From: Desulfurococcales archaeon | Lineage (GTDB): Archaea; Thermoproteota; Thermoprotei_A; Sulfolobales; NBVN01 | Length of the DNA: 54,871 nt | NCBI GenBank assembly: GCA_027002995.1 | Contig: JALWZB010000087.1 | Coordinates: 1-54,871, forward strand | Direction: 5' to 3' | Part shown: positions 27,347 through 38,214 of the stretch, piece after piece | How positions within the stretch are numbered: the first letter of the stretch is position 1 | Layout of the letters: every line of letters begins with the position of its first letter | Position numbers and translations under genes: made by a program | The notes under the pieces: model-generated | What the model was told of the DNA's origin: nothing | Database searches by the model: none | The model's input: the letters and a program-made list of their open reading frames with translations, nothing else

Positions 27347-28192
27347 CTACATAACCCTAGGAGTGAACGAAACCCAAACACGCCTGCCAATTAACTCATA
27401 ACCAATTCTCCTATACGCCCTTATCGCCGGGTAGTTATCCTCACGCACATGAAGCAATGCGTAAGCCCCCGAAAGAAGCGCCTCCCTAGTAACCGCCGCA
27501 GTAACGGCCTTAGCAAACCCTCTTCCCCTAAAGTCAGGATGCGTGAACACTCCACCCACGACCCACACGTTAGGTGTCCTCACGTAAGTCCTCGCAACCG
27601 ACACTAGCTTACCGTCAATGAACACTCCGTAGCACACGTGATCATTAAGCGCCTCCAGTAGAACCTCCCTCGAAATCTTCACACCCACGGAGTCCCAGAA
27701 CTCCTGTAGGGCGTCTATATCGCTGGGCTTTAATTTAACACACTCAGCCATGTAAGTAACGCCCCAAGGGAATGTATCCGGCGTCGCAACCATGTCAAGC
27801 ATGACGCGCTCATCACTCACGCTACCATACTTCAGTAACTCACGCTTGACGCTGGGGTACTCATTAAAGGGTACCCAAACAAGCGACTTAAGCCTCAGCA
27901 CCTCATACAAGGGCACACCACTTAACTCTCCATACAGTATTACTGTCTGTGGCTCAAACCTAAACCAGGCGAGAGCATATCCAACAATAACGTCATCCTC
28001 AACCCTAAGCAGGGCCTTGGACACGTCAGGGTAGACCGCGATGTCGTAGAGCAAGTAAGCATAATTTACGGGGTCATCAAGGTAGTTCCTCCCTACAAGC
28101 CTGATGAGCTCTGGATCACCGCCCTGAACCCTAAGTAATTTCTCAGTACTACTCAAGGAAGTGACCACCAATAAATAATAAAGAAGCAACAA
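27347..28192 (-). CDS. GNAT family acetyltransferase
   Basis: The C-terminal domain carries motif A THPDFRGRGFAKAVTAAV. Confidence 0.65.
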   Translation of the reverse strand: MLLLYYLLVVTSLSSTEKLLRVQGGDPELIRLVGRNYLDDPVNYAYLLYDIAVYPDVSKALLRVEDDVIVGYALAWFRFEPQTVILYGELSGVPLYEVLRLKSLVWVPFNEYPSVKRELLKYGSVSDERVMLDMVATPDTFPWGVTYMAECVKLKPSDIDALQEFWDSVGVKISREVLLEALNDHVCYGVFIDGKLVSVARTYVRTPNVWVVGGVFTHPDFRGRGFAKAVTAAVTREALLSGAYALLHVREDNYPAIRAYRRIGYELIGRRVWVSFTPRVM

Positions 28193-28198
28193 AAACCC

Positions 28199-29236
28199 TT
28201 ACCCGCGTAGCTCTATGCCCCAGAACCTTTCCAGCACTGACATTACATCCCTTGCCCAAACACCCTTAATGGGCATCGGCACACGTTTCTTAACGGCCCT
28301 CTGTGAGAAACCCCTTAAGAAGCTCCTCAGGCCAGCAGGTAATGCATTACCGTAGCCACCCTCCAACACTATCACCGCACCCTTAACACGGTGCTGAACC
28401 AGCTCAGCAACGAATGACCCAAGCGCCATGAACACCTCATCAGAAGCCCTTAGGGTGGACATGGGGTCAAGGACGTGCGAGTCAAACCCCGCAGAAACAA
28501 CTAAGGCATCCGGTTTGAAAGCCTCTGCAAGCCTCGGTAACACCTCGTGAATTACCCACATGAACTCCTTATCGCTGGCGCTGTGGGGTAAAGGTATGTT
28601 TATCTTAGTGCCCTCAGCACCCTCCCCACCAACATCGTTGACACTCCCCGTGCCGGGGTATATTCCATACTCGTGCATGTCAATGTGAAGTACTCTCGGC
28701 TCGTGCCAGAATATTTCCTGTGTGCCGTTCCCGTGGTGTGCATCAAAGTCTAGCACCATGACCTTCAAGCCCTTACCTAGGAAATTCCGTATAGCTATGG
28801 CGGCGTTATTGAATATGCAGAAACCATTAGATAAAGCTCCCATCGCGGGCCCAGACCTTCCGGCATGGTGACCTGGTGGTCTAACCAATGCAAGCGTAGG
28901 GGCATGTACCTCTAGGGAAACGTCAGCAGCGTTCCATGCCGCGCTAGCAGCTAGGAGCGCTACCTTGAACGTGTGTTCGTTAACGTACGTGTCAGCGTCT
29001 ATGTAATGAAGCCCCTTCTTACTCTCGCTCTCTATGTACTCAACATACTTTTTCTCGTGGATTAGCTCAATGATTCTCCTCGAGGGTGGCGGGGGCTCAA
29101 TTACCCTAAGTTCCTCCTTAGGAACAACCTCCTTAACGATTGAGAAAGCCATTAACACACGTTCAGGACTCTCAGGATGTGGGTTAATGGGATCCTCATG
29201 CAACGTGAAGGTTCTCGAAAAGTAAGTTATTAACAA
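28199..29236 (-). CDS. histone deacetylase / acetoin utilisation (AcuC) / acetylpolyamine amidohydrolase family protein
   Basis: RPPGHHA, DFDAHHGNGTQ and EGGYG catalytic blocks. Confidence 0.85.
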   Translation of the reverse strand: MLITYFSRTFTLHEDPINPHPESPERVLMAFSIVKEVVPKEELRVIEPPPPSRRIIELIHEKKYVEYIESESKKGLHYIDADTYVNEHTFKVALLAASAAWNAADVSLEVHAPTLALVRPPGHHAGRSGPAMGALSNGFCIFNNAAIAIRNFLGKGLKVMVLDFDAHHGNGTQEIFWHEPRVLHIDMHEYGIYPGTGSVNDVGGEGAEGTKINIPLPHSASDKEFMWVIHEVLPRLAEAFKPDALVVSAGFDSHVLDPMSTLRASDEVFMALGSFVAELVQHRVKGAVIVLEGGYGNALPAGLRSFLRGFSQRAVKKRVPMPIKGVWARDVMSVLERFWGIELRG

Positions 29237-29253
29237 CCCGCAACACCGGGTGA

Positions 29254-30225
29254 TTAACTACTCAGTGCTGCACGGATAGCGTCCCTCAAGGCTTCCTCAG
29301 AATTCATTGAGGGCCTCCAACCATGTGCCTTTATTTTACTTATGTCGAGAAGCATGAACTTAACATCGCCTTTCCAACCCCTGCCATCGGGTGTAGCGGG
29401 CTTATAGCGGAACTCAACATCCTTTAAGCCCATCTCCTCAATAACTAACTCAGCTATTCTCTTGACGGTAACCCAGTCTTCATTTCCAAGATTAAACACC
29501 TCGTATGGCCTCCCACTGCTCCTTAACGCCTCCAACGCCACGTTAATACCTGAAATTAAGTCCTTAACGTGAAGGTAAGATTTTCTCTGCGTCCCGTCCC
29601 CAAGGATCTCAAGAACAGTCGGGTTTGACCGGAGCTTACGTATAAAGTCAATGATTACGCCATGGCTTTGCCGAGGTCCAACGATGTTAGCAAACCGCAG
29701 TATGAGGGACCTCACCCCGTATGCGATACTGTAAGTCACTATCAGGTTCTCAGACGCTAGCTTAGCCGCCCCGTAAACGGAAATCGGCTCCTTAGGTTCA
29801 TAATCCTCGGGTGTCGGGAACTTCTTCGCATCACCGTAAACCGTGGAGGAACTGGCAAACACTAACTCCTTCACACCATTAACGCGGCATGCCTCCAAAA
29901 CATTAAACGTCACTAAGACGTTCTCGTCAAAGTGAATTCTCGGGTTAGTCATGGAGACACGCACTTCCGGGTTGGCTGCGAAGTGGTAAACAATATCCAC
30001 GTCCTTAAATTCCTGAACCCACCTGCCGTTAGGGACCTTAAGGTCGTCGAGAACAAGCTTTACTCTTCCGCTCCTCATCGCTTCCCTCAGAAAGTCCCTC
30101 CGTCCAGAGCTGAGATTATCAATCACCACTACGTCGTAACCCTCATCAATTAGGGAATCAACCATATGTGAACCTATAAATCCCGCACCACCCGTCACCA
30201 CAGCCTTAACCAAGGATTTAATCAC
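29254..30225 (-). CDS. NAD-dependent epimerase/dehydratase (UDP-sugar 4-epimerase-like SDR)
   Basis: VTGGAGFIGSH Rossmann motif, YGAAK catalytic YxxxK, and SSSTVYG. Confidence 0.85.
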   Translation of the reverse strand: MIKSLVKAVVTGGAGFIGSHMVDSLIDEGYDVVVIDNLSSGRRDFLREAMRSGRVKLVLDDLKVPNGRWVQEFKDVDIVYHFAANPEVRVSMTNPRIHFDENVLVTFNVLEACRVNGVKELVFASSSTVYGDAKKFPTPEDYEPKEPISVYGAAKLASENLIVTYSIAYGVRSLILRFANIVGPRQSHGVIIDFIRKLRSNPTVLEILGDGTQRKSYLHVKDLISGINVALEALRSSGRPYEVFNLGNEDWVTVKRIAELVIEEMGLKDVEFRYKPATPDGRGWKGDVKFMLLDISKIKAHGWRPSMNSEEALRDAIRAALSS

Positions 30226-31244
30226 CTCTTACGAGGCTTACGCTGCTGCTCAACCGCCCTCAGCTGGGTGACTATGGCGTTAGCAATGACGTCAACCACG
30301 TCAAGCACATTATCAAGAGTGCTTTCCTGCGGGTTCCGGAACTTAATTATTATGTGGTTTCCCCTTAAGATTATACTGAGTTTCTCACTCATTTCCTTAG
30401 GTATTGCCGATATGACCTTCACGAAGCTGACGTCCCTCCTGTAGAGGCAGACCCTTACCGTGTGGCCTAACTCAGTCTCTTGCACGAGTATAGCCACACC
30501 ATCCTTCTTACAGACCTTCATTAGGATGTCGTAAGTTACGGGTTTCAGTAGCGGGTAGTTCCTCTTGATTAAATCCCTGTTGAACTTGCTTGAAATCACA
30601 ATTACCTTGAGCTTATCATACTGGATGTATTCCCTGCTCTCAAGGATTTTCTCCGCTAGTTCCATAGCCTTATCGTACTTCTCATTCTCCTTCAGTAACT
30701 CCTCCGAGGGCTTCAGAGTCTTCGTCCTCAGTACTTCCATCATGAACGTGTACATTAGTTGCCGAAATTCCTTGGAGCTGTAGTTAACCTTGAGGGCCCT
30801 AAGCATTACCCTGCCGAGCTTTGATACCCTATCGTATTCACCAGCATTAATTGCCTCGATGTCACGGAGAACCTGCTCGGGTATGTCTACGCGCTCGTTT
30901 AGGGTTTCCACGTACTCCAACATCGTGGCCGATAGTGATCCGACATTAGAGAACCTCATTATTAGGTCACTCTTCCCTGTTGAGTCATACTTCAGCACCA
31001 CCCCTAGCCTCTTCTCTGGGATGTACTGTATTGATACGGAGTCTTGCAACATGGCACCATCCTTGTGACTAATACCCACGGCGTATGACTTAGTTATTGC
31101 CAAGCCCTTACGTTCGCTTGGGGATGGGAACTCCACGTATATCCTATACCCCTTACGTAGGAGGGCTGTCGCGAGTATTGCGGAGGCCGTGACCTCGTCC
31201 CAACCCCATCCCGAATATATTGTGGTGCTTCTAGGCATTGCCAC
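30222..31244 (-). CDS. hypothetical protein
   Basis: 340-aa ORF, 4-nt overlapped with the epimerase gene. There is only a vague resemblance to an inactivated DHH fold (see finding). Confidence 0.4.
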   Translation of the reverse strand: MAMPRSTTIYSGWGWDEVTASAILATALLRKGYRIYVEFPSPSERKGLAITKSYAVGISHKDGAMLQDSVSIQYIPEKRLGVVLKYDSTGKSDLIMRFSNVGSLSATMLEYVETLNERVDIPEQVLRDIEAINAGEYDRVSKLGRVMLRALKVNYSSKEFRQLMYTFMMEVLRTKTLKPSEELLKENEKYDKAMELAEKILESREYIQYDKLKVIVISSKFNRDLIKRNYPLLKPVTYDILMKVCKKDGVAILVQETELGHTVRVCLYRRDVSFVKVISAIPKEMSEKLSIILRGNHIIIKFRNPQESTLDNVLDVVDVIANAIVTQLRAVEQQRKPRKR

Positions 31245-31500
31245 TCACCTTCAGACAAGGACTTCAAGCCCGTATCCCAGCACTGTAAAGCCTTCCACGC
31301 GCATCACGTGATCCTCACACTCGATTACGTAGTGGTTACTCTGCTTCTAACACCTTAAAACTAAAATAAAATCTTTTGTTCCCGTAGAAGCCAGAAGAGT
31401 GCAGAGGATTATCTCGTGGTGACGACGTTGAAATTACGTAAGAAGGTTTTCTCAGAAAGCACTTTTAGGAGGGCTTTGAGAATTAAGCGGGTGCCTAAAA

Positions 31501-33585
31501 GTGATCCCGATAACGGCACTAGCAATAGTAGCCGGTGTCGTCGCGATAATATATGCTTTCACCCTCGCATTCCTTATTCTGAGGAAGCCAGCTGGCTCGG
31601 GAAGAATGGTTGAGATCCATAACTTCATCAAGGAAGGTGCGAAGGCCTACTTGAAGAAGCAGTACACGGTCATCCTAACAATTGCATTCATAATCACTGC
31701 CGTACTAGCGTTCATCAACCCACTAATGTCCTTAAGCTACATCCTAGGAGCGTTCTCGTCGGTAATAGCAGGATACGTAGGAATGTGGGTCGCGGTAAAC
31801 TCCAACGTCAGAACAACCTACGCTGCGAAGGAGCACGGCCTAAGTAAGGCGCTCAGGGTGGCATTCAGCGGAGGTATGGTGCTGGGCCTAATGGATGTCG
31901 GTGTAGGTGTCCTCCTAGTAGCCCTCCAGTACATATTCTACGGCGGGACACCCGCAGCGGTGAGGGCCATGATAGGCTACAGCTTCGGAGCCTCCACAGT
32001 AGCCCTATTCGCTAGGGTAGGCGGCGGAATCTACACTAAAGCAGCAGACATAGGTGCTGACCTAGTAGGTAAGGTGGAGGAAGGAATACCTGAGGACGAC
32101 CCAAGAAATCCCGGAGTAATTGCTGACAACGTCGGCGATAACGTCGGCGACGTTGCCGGTATGGGAGCCGACCTATTCGAGTCATACGTCGAGTCCATAA
32201 TCTCAGCAATGATCATAGCCGCCACGGCAATCCTGGCGACCGCTGGCTCAAGGTGGGTTGACTGGGCCTTACTTCCCATGGCGGTCGCGGCAGCAGGAGT
32301 ATTCTCCGCAATAATAACTTCATTCTTCGTGCGCGTCAAAGAGGGAGGCGATCCATCCAAACCGCTGACGTTCTCAACAATACTTGCTGGAGTACTGATC
32401 GCAGTGTTCACGTACCCGCTAGCCACGATGACTCTGGGGGCTAACGCGGGATTAAGGGCTTTCATAGTTGTCGTGGCCGGCATAATCGCCGGGATCATAG
32501 TTGGCCTCACGAGCGATTACTTCACGAACCCCGGCAAGAAGCCCGTGAGGAAGGTAGCGTTCATGTCTCAGACAGGCCCAGCACTAACAATACTCACCGG
32601 TATGGCCTACGGTTTCCTAAGCGTATTAATCCCCGCAATAGGCATAGCGGTTGCTGAGCTAATCGCCTACCTAGTGCTCTCACCCTATGGCTTCTGGTAT
32701 GGAATATACGGAGTAGCACTAGCGGCGGTCGGCATGCTCTCCCTAACGGGGATAGTAGTCAGCGCGGACGCCTACGGACCAATAACGGATAACGCAGCCG
32801 GAATAGCCGAGCAGGCAGGGCTAGGCGAGGACGTCAGAGCAATAACCGATAGGCTAGATGCTGCGGGCAACACCATGAAGTCCGTATCCAAAGGTTTCGC
32901 CATAGGGTCAGCCGCCTTAACAGCCCTAGCACTCATAGCAGCATACTCCAGCACAATAATGAACATAACAGGATACAGCCTAGAGAAGATGAAGGAATTA
33001 ATGAGCATTCTCGACGCTAAAGTAATCAGCGGTGCCCTAATAGGCATGGCACTACCGGCAGCATTCACAACGCTAGTCATACTGGCCGTCAGCGACGCGG
33101 CTTTCGTCCTGATTGAGGAGATCAGAAGGCAATTCAGAGAGAAGCCAGGAATACTAGAGTTCAAGGAGAAGCCAGACTATGGCAGGGCAGTATCCATAGT
33201 AACTACCTACGCCATTAAGAGGTTAGTCCAGCCAGGTGTGTTAGCGATAGCGTCACCACTAATCATAGGGTTCATACTAGGGCCCTACAGCCTGGGCGGC
33301 GCTCTGTTAGCCGCGACACTCTCAGGACTCCTGCTAGGCCTCTTCCAGGGTAACGTAGGGAACACTTGGGATAACGCCAAGAAATACGTTGAGGAAGGTC
33401 ACTACGGAGGTAAGGGAAGTGAAACCCACAAAGCAGCGGTAATAGGCGACACTGTTGGTGACCCATTAAAAGACGCTTCAGGACCTTCGCTGAATATCCT
33501 GATAAAGCTTATGAGCGTAGTGTCCTTAGTGTTCGCACAACTAATAATGACACACAACCTGCTGTCCTTCCTAGGCATTCACTGA
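31501..33585 (+). CDS. hppA: membrane-bound proton/sodium-translocating pyrophosphatase
   Basis: [29 protein letters not shown] and [10 protein letters not shown] are the signature V-PPase motifs. There are about 16 TM segments. Confidence 0.95.
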   Translation: MIPITALAIVAGVVAIIYAFTLAFLILRKPAGSGRMVEIHNFIKEGAKAYLKKQYTVILTIAFIITAVLAFINPLMSLSYILGAFSSVIAGYVGMWVAVNSNVRTTYAAKEHGLSKALRVAFSGGMVLGLMDVGVGVLLVALQYIFYGGTPAAVRAMIGYSFGASTVALFARVGGGIYTKAADIGADLVGKVEEGIPEDDPRNPGVIADNVGDNVGDVAGMGADLFESYVESIISAMIIAATAILATAGSRWVDWALLPMAVAAAGVFSAIITSFFVRVKEGGDPSKPLTFSTILAGVLIAVFTYPLATMTLGANAGLRAFIVVVAGIIAGIIVGLTSDYFTNPGKKPVRKVAFMSQTGPALTILTGMAYGFLSVLIPAIGIAVAELIAYLVLSPYGFWYGIYGVALAAVGMLSLTGIVVSADAYGPITDNAAGIAEQAGLGEDVRAITDRLDAAGNTMKSVSKGFAIGSAALTALALIAAYSSTIMNITGYSLEKMKELMSILDAKVISGALIGMALPAAFTTLVILAVSDAAFVLIEEIRRQFREKPGILEFKEKPDYGRAVSIVTTYAIKRLVQPGVLAIASPLIIGFILGPYSLGGALLAATLSGLLLGLFQGNVGNTWDNAKKYVEEGHYGGKGSETHKAAVIGDTVGDPLKDASGPSLNILIKLMSVVSLVFAQLIMTHNLLSFLGIH

Positions 33586-33832
33586 CGAACTAAACAATAT
33601 GCGAGCTTTGTTTCCTCTACTAACTTAAAACTAGGACAGCTTTCAGTGGTGGCTCTCATCACATAGTCTCAAGAACCTTTAGTATCCTGATCTTCGCGTA
33701 ATATTAAAGTGAGTAAAGTGCGGAACCTCGGTTTTCTCGCGGCCTCCACATCATCGGAGCCTCAGGTGTCCCAGCCTTAACCCCATCGGTTAGGCCGCCA
33801 TTAAAATCCATTGTGAGGGACGTATTAAGGGT

Positions 33833-34372
33833 TTAATAGTCAATACCCTCCAGCGAAACAACTCCCCTCCTGAAGTAATGCTTAACTTCACGAACCTCAC
33901 TCACGAGGTCGGCGGCATCCCTTATGGTGCTTGGGACGTAGCGCCCCGTCACGATAGCGTGCTTCTCTCGGTTACCTATAAATGTTTGGAGAGTTTCAAG
34001 CACACTCCACTCATCCACGAGGCCTAGATGTGCGGCTATGCCTAACTCGTCAAGCACCACCAGCTTGGGCTGGAACTCCTCAAGTAGCTTCGGCAGGATA
34101 TGGCGGATGAATCCATATATCAACGCGGTGTTCACTAACGCAGTATCGCTTGTTAAGTCCCCAGGCCTAACGAATTCTTTCGTCCCGAGCAGGAACCACT
34201 TTAGCAAATCCTTGTAGCCACCTGACCGATAGAACATTGTTTCCCCGCTGGGCGTAGCCTTCATGAATTGAGCCACGACTACTCGGTAGCCTCTCCCTAA
34301 GGCCCTAGCAACAACCCCCATAGCGGCCGTGGTCTTACCCTTGCCGGTACCGAAGTACACGAGCAACATCAC
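33833..34372 (-). CDS. cobO: cob(I)yrinic acid a,c-diamide adenosyltransferase (CobA/CobO/BtuR type)
   Basis: P-loop GTGKGKTTAAMG, VAQFMK, VVLDELG, and C-terminal VKHYFRRGVVSLEGIDY. Confidence 0.85.
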   Translation of the reverse strand: MMLLVYFGTGKGKTTAAMGVVARALGRGYRVVVAQFMKATPSGETMFYRSGGYKDLLKWFLLGTKEFVRPGDLTSDTALVNTALIYGFIRHILPKLLEEFQPKLVVLDELGIAAHLGLVDEWSVLETLQTFIGNREKHAIVTGRYVPSTIRDAADLVSEVREVKHYFRRGVVSLEGIDY

Positions 34373-36087
34373 TAATCACCTAGGCTTAACGCGTTAATGC
34401 TGAGTAGCCCCGTTATGATTAGGTTAAACGCGCTTATACTGACTCGAGTGCCCAGCTCTGCCTGAAGTGCCTTCCTTAAACCCTCTCCAGTGAGTCCCTT
34501 CCGGACAAGCATGACGGTCAATGTAAGAGCCGCTCTAAACCAAGGCATGGAGGCATAACTATCCCTTAACATGGTGGCTTCCTCGGGAGGCAACGAACGC
34601 CTGACCCGCCTTAAATTAGGCACGCCGTGCCCGACCGCCATAAGCGGAGGACCCTCGCTCCTGAAGGCGCTTAGCCCATCCCTGTACAGGGACGAACGCA
34701 GCTCGCTGAGTAGGTCATCGTCAATTACATTAAGGACGTCCATACCAGCCACTAAATTCCGGTACGCATTAAGTACCCTCTCAGCATTGCTGGTACTCAG
34801 CACGTTAAGTGCTGCCGCAAGAGAGAAGTACGCGGTCCTCAGAGCTAAGTCCTGATCGAGCTTATCAAAGGTATCTAAGCTGGTGTGGTAGTACCTGTCC
34901 GGCCAGCTTATTAGGGCGACGGCCGGCACACCATAAGCAACGTATGACTCATGATCACTCCCGGGCTCGAAGTTAATGACCTTACTCCGTATCCCTGTCA
35001 ACCTCTTGTGCGGCAGGAAACCCCTAGCACCAGCGAACACCTCCCTAAACACTCGGTATGTCACTGCCTCCTGAGACGACAGCATGTGGATCGGCGGCCT
35101 AACGAAAAGAAGCGTAGAGCCAGTCACGCTCTGCCTCTCACCAACCATGTCTAAGTTAATCGCGTGCATAACCCTGCGTATCTCGCCCTCCGAACTCAAG
35201 TATCTGAGGAAATGCAGGGAACCTATGTACTCAGGAACCCAAACAAGCCTAATTCGCCCAACCCTCAACACTTGGTCGGCGTTGGGTATCGAGCCAAGAG
35301 CCAAGGCTAGCTCAGCCAGTGCGGTAGCCCCACTAACGTTATCATTAATCATTCCAGCAGGGTGGCAGTAGTGAGCAACTAAGTGCACCTCAGTATCCCC
35401 AGAGCCGAATGACGCGGTGACGACGATGCCTTCGGCTTGGTCAACATAGCCTGCCTTGATGAAGCCCTTAACGACGACGCGTCCATATTGCCTCATCAAC
35501 CGCTCAAGCTCCTCAACACTCCTTAAACTCACGGAAAACGCGGGTGCCTTCATAAGCTCAACATCGCTCGGCGTTGGAAAGAGGCTGAAATACGGGACGG
35601 CGTTTCTCGGCGCGTCATCCCTATAAAACAGGACAGCCCGTGCACCCCTCTGGCAAATTTCCAGGTATTTCTCTAAGCCGCCCCACCTCGTGAGAACAAC
35701 GCCATCTAGCGCATCAGGTAAGTCGTCACCCCTAACTACGATTAACTCTCCCTCGAACTCACCGCCGGGGCTATGAGCCACCACGCTAGTGGGTACCGTT
35801 TCAAAGGAAGAGACTAGGTAGTTAACGGGTTCAATAACGGTTAACTCTGAGGACTCAACCCACCATCCCGTAAGCGGCTCGAACCAGTTCGGTGGATCAC
35901 TATAGCTAAACCTAAACAACTTAATCTCAGCACCCGCGTCGGAGGCAACATCCCTCAAGTAGCGGGCAGCCTCATTAATTTCTTTCGAACCCTGGATCCT
36001 ATGGAATGAGGATAGCTCAGCCGCAACGCGTGTGAACCTAACCCAAGATAGGCGCCGCCTTAAGTCCTGAAGTAAGTTGCTTAACAT
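34372..36087 (-). CDS. M28-like metallopeptidase with a PA domain
   Basis: HLVAHYCHPAGMINDNVSGATALAELALAL resembles the M28 H-x-D/DN-x-SG metal-ligand region. NLDMVGE is the second ligand block. An N-terminal PA-like insertion is present. Confidence 0.55.
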   Translation of the reverse strand: MLSNLLQDLRRRLSWVRFTRVAAELSSFHRIQGSKEINEAARYLRDVASDAGAEIKLFRFSYSDPPNWFEPLTGWWVESSELTVIEPVNYLVSSFETVPTSVVAHSPGGEFEGELIVVRGDDLPDALDGVVLTRWGGLEKYLEICQRGARAVLFYRDDAPRNAVPYFSLFPTPSDVELMKAPAFSVSLRSVEELERLMRQYGRVVVKGFIKAGYVDQAEGIVVTASFGSGDTEVHLVAHYCHPAGMINDNVSGATALAELALALGSIPNADQVLRVGRIRLVWVPEYIGSLHFLRYLSSEGEIRRVMHAINLDMVGERQSVTGSTLLFVRPPIHMLSSQEAVTYRVFREVFAGARGFLPHKRLTGIRSKVINFEPGSDHESYVAYGVPAVALISWPDRYYHTSLDTFDKLDQDLALRTAYFSLAAALNVLSTSNAERVLNAYRNLVAGMDVLNVIDDDLLSELRSSLYRDGLSAFRSEGPPLMAVGHGVPNLRRVRRSLPPEEATMLRDSYASMPWFRAALTLTVMLVRKGLTGEGLRKALQAELGTRVSISAFNLIITGLLSINALSLGD

Positions 36088-36169
36088 GGCGTCAGCACCG
36101 TACCGTAGCTACAATACCTTCGTTAATGGAAGGTAAAAATTGTTTCTAGGGTTAAGGCATGATATTAAG

Positions 36170-36388
36170 TCATTCTAGCCCGACACGTTTAGCGAAGTCA
36201 AATACCGTTAACGACACGACCTTACCGTTCTTGATCCGCACAGCTATGTCGTTCTCTGTTAAGAAAGATTCATCAGCGTCCTCTATGTCGTACCCGAAGT
36301 TTATGTAGAGGATGTCATTCTGCTTGTCGTACTCGAACCAAATGTTGTTTAGGTCCCCTATCCTTAACTCCTTAAGTTCTTCCCCCAT
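36170..36388 (-). CDS. DUF2283-family small protein
   Basis: MGEELKELRIGDLNNIWFEYDKQNDILYINFGY...GKVVSLTVFDF matches the DUF2283 pattern. The upstream 44 codons of the track ORF look non-coding. Confidence 0.55.
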   Translation of the reverse strand: MGEELKELRIGDLNNIWFEYDKQNDILYINFGYDIEDADESFLTENDIAVRIKNGKVVSLTVFDFAKRVGLE

Positions 36389-36610
36389 GCTTAACCCCTT
36401 ATTCTCCGTACGTGCATTAAGTTTTAAATTCCTACCATTGAACACCCTATGGTGTGGCGTGGGTGGTGGTGAAATCAAAGTTACTGAAATGCGAGGAAAT
36501 ATGTTCAGATTTCTGCTCATCTAAGTCCGGAGACGAATATTCAGCATGCATAACGGAATGCTTTAAGCAATGCATAGCATCTGATAAGAGTTAACATGGG
36601 AAAAAGCAGG

Positions 36611-37870
36611 TCATGTTCCAAGGTTCCAGCTTGATAAGTACCTTTTCTGCTCCTCCGTCAGCATATCTATCTCGATACTCATTGACTTAAGCTTCAACCT
36701 TGCTATGTCTTCATCTATCCTCCTTGGGAGTGTGTACACGCGGCGCTGAAGGCTATCCTTATTCTCTGCTATGTACTTGACAGCGTATGCTTGGTTAGAG
36801 AAGCTCATATCCATGACCTCGCTTGGGTGACCCTCAGCAGCAACTAAGTTGACTAGGCGCCCCTCAGCCAGTAGGTATAGGCGCCTTCCGTCCCTTAGCG
36901 TGTACTCAGTAACGTACTTCCTTATGATCCTCTTTCTTACTGCGATCTCCTCCAGATCCTTTACGCTGACCTCAACATTGAAGTGTCCGGCATTAGCTAG
37001 TATAGCTCCGTCCTTCATCTTAAGCATGTGTTCCTTGACGATAACGTCCTTATCGCCCGTTGCAGTAACGAAGATGTCCCCGAGTTCGGCAGCTTTACTC
37101 ATCGGCATGACCTCGAAGCCATCCATGACTGCCTCTAACGCACGTATCGGGTCAACCTCAGTAACGACGACGCGCGCCCCCATACCGCGAGCCCTTAGGG
37201 CTATGCCTCTACCAACCCACCCGTAACCGGCGACGACAAATACTTTACCAGCGATCAGTATGTTTGTTGCCCTTAAGATTCCGTCGATCGTGGACTGTCC
37301 CGTCCCGTAGCGATTATCGAATAGGTACTTCGTTAGAGAGTCGTTAACGGCTATGACGGGGTACTGTAGCTTTCCTTCCCTCTCCAGCGCCCTTAACCTT
37401 ATTACACCCGTAGTCGTTTCCTCAGTCCCTCCCCACACTTTCCTCCCTATCTCAGTACCCTCCGAGTGTAGGTACGCGTGAAGGTCGGCGCCGTCATCCA
37501 GAATGATGTGGGGACCCACGCTAGCAACCTGCTTAATGCACCAGTAATACTCCTCGGGCTTCTGCCCTCTCCACGCGTACACGTGTATGCCATCCTCAGC
37601 TAAGGCAGCGGCAACGTCATCCTGCGTTGAAAGCGGGTTACTGCCAGCAAGCCATACCTCCGCACCGCCAGCCTTGAGGGTCCTCACGAGTGCCGCGGTC
37701 TCCTTAGTGACGTGGAGCACGGCAGACACCCTTAACCCCTTTAGAGGCTTACTCCTGCTGAATTCCTCACGAATACTCATTAGGACCGGCATATGATGCT
37801 CAGCCCATTCTATTTGAACCCAGCCATCCTTAGCTAGGTCAGGGTATGCGATCCTGTATCCTCCTGACAT
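36611..37870 (-). CDS. ahcY: adenosylhomocysteinase
   Basis: [41 protein letters not shown] (NAD site) and [16 protein letters not shown]. Confidence 0.95.
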   Translation of the reverse strand: MSGGYRIAYPDLAKDGWVQIEWAEHHMPVLMSIREEFSRSKPLKGLRVSAVLHVTKETAALVRTLKAGGAEVWLAGSNPLSTQDDVAAALAEDGIHVYAWRGQKPEEYYWCIKQVASVGPHIILDDGADLHAYLHSEGTEIGRKVWGGTEETTTGVIRLRALEREGKLQYPVIAVNDSLTKYLFDNRYGTGQSTIDGILRATNILIAGKVFVVAGYGWVGRGIALRARGMGARVVVTEVDPIRALEAVMDGFEVMPMSKAAELGDIFVTATGDKDVIVKEHMLKMKDGAILANAGHFNVEVSVKDLEEIAVRKRIIRKYVTEYTLRDGRRLYLLAEGRLVNLVAAEGHPSEVMDMSFSNQAYAVKYIAENKDSLQRRVYTLPRRIDEDIARLKLKSMSIEIDMLTEEQKRYLSSWNLGT

Positions 37871-38061
37871 CGTGTTCGCCAGGTCTTAATGAGATTCAAC
37901 TGTTTAAAGGAATACCCCACGTTCAGGTGCGATTCTAGGAAATAACTTAGTTCATTGCACGAATGTATATCCTTAGAACAATGATTAAGTTGCCACGAAT
38001 GCATGAGGTAGATAGTTTTTAATATCACGAATCCGTAACTATAGAATGAGGGTGCATAACT

Positions 38062-38214
38062 ATGGTCAAGGGCTTCTGTGTCAAATGCAGGAAGAAAGTT
38101 GAGATTAAGAACCCCAAGGAAGTTACACTAAAGAACGGCAGGAAAGCAATAAAGGGTAAGTGCCCTATCTGTGGCACCACAGTCTACGTCTTCGTTCCCA
38201 GTAAGAAGAAGTAG
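38062..38214 (+). CDS. small zinc-ribbon protein (DUF5679-like), below the ORF-track size cutoff
   Basis: MVKGFCVKCRKKVEIKNPKEVTLKNGRKAIKGKCPICGTTVYVFVPSKKK has CxxC...CxxC. A Shine-Dalgarno-like GAGGGTG lies 8 nt upstream, and TTTTTAATAT about 40 nt upstream. Confidence 0.55.
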   Translation: MVKGFCVKCRKKVEIKNPKEVTLKNGRKAIKGKCPICGTTVYVFVPSKKK

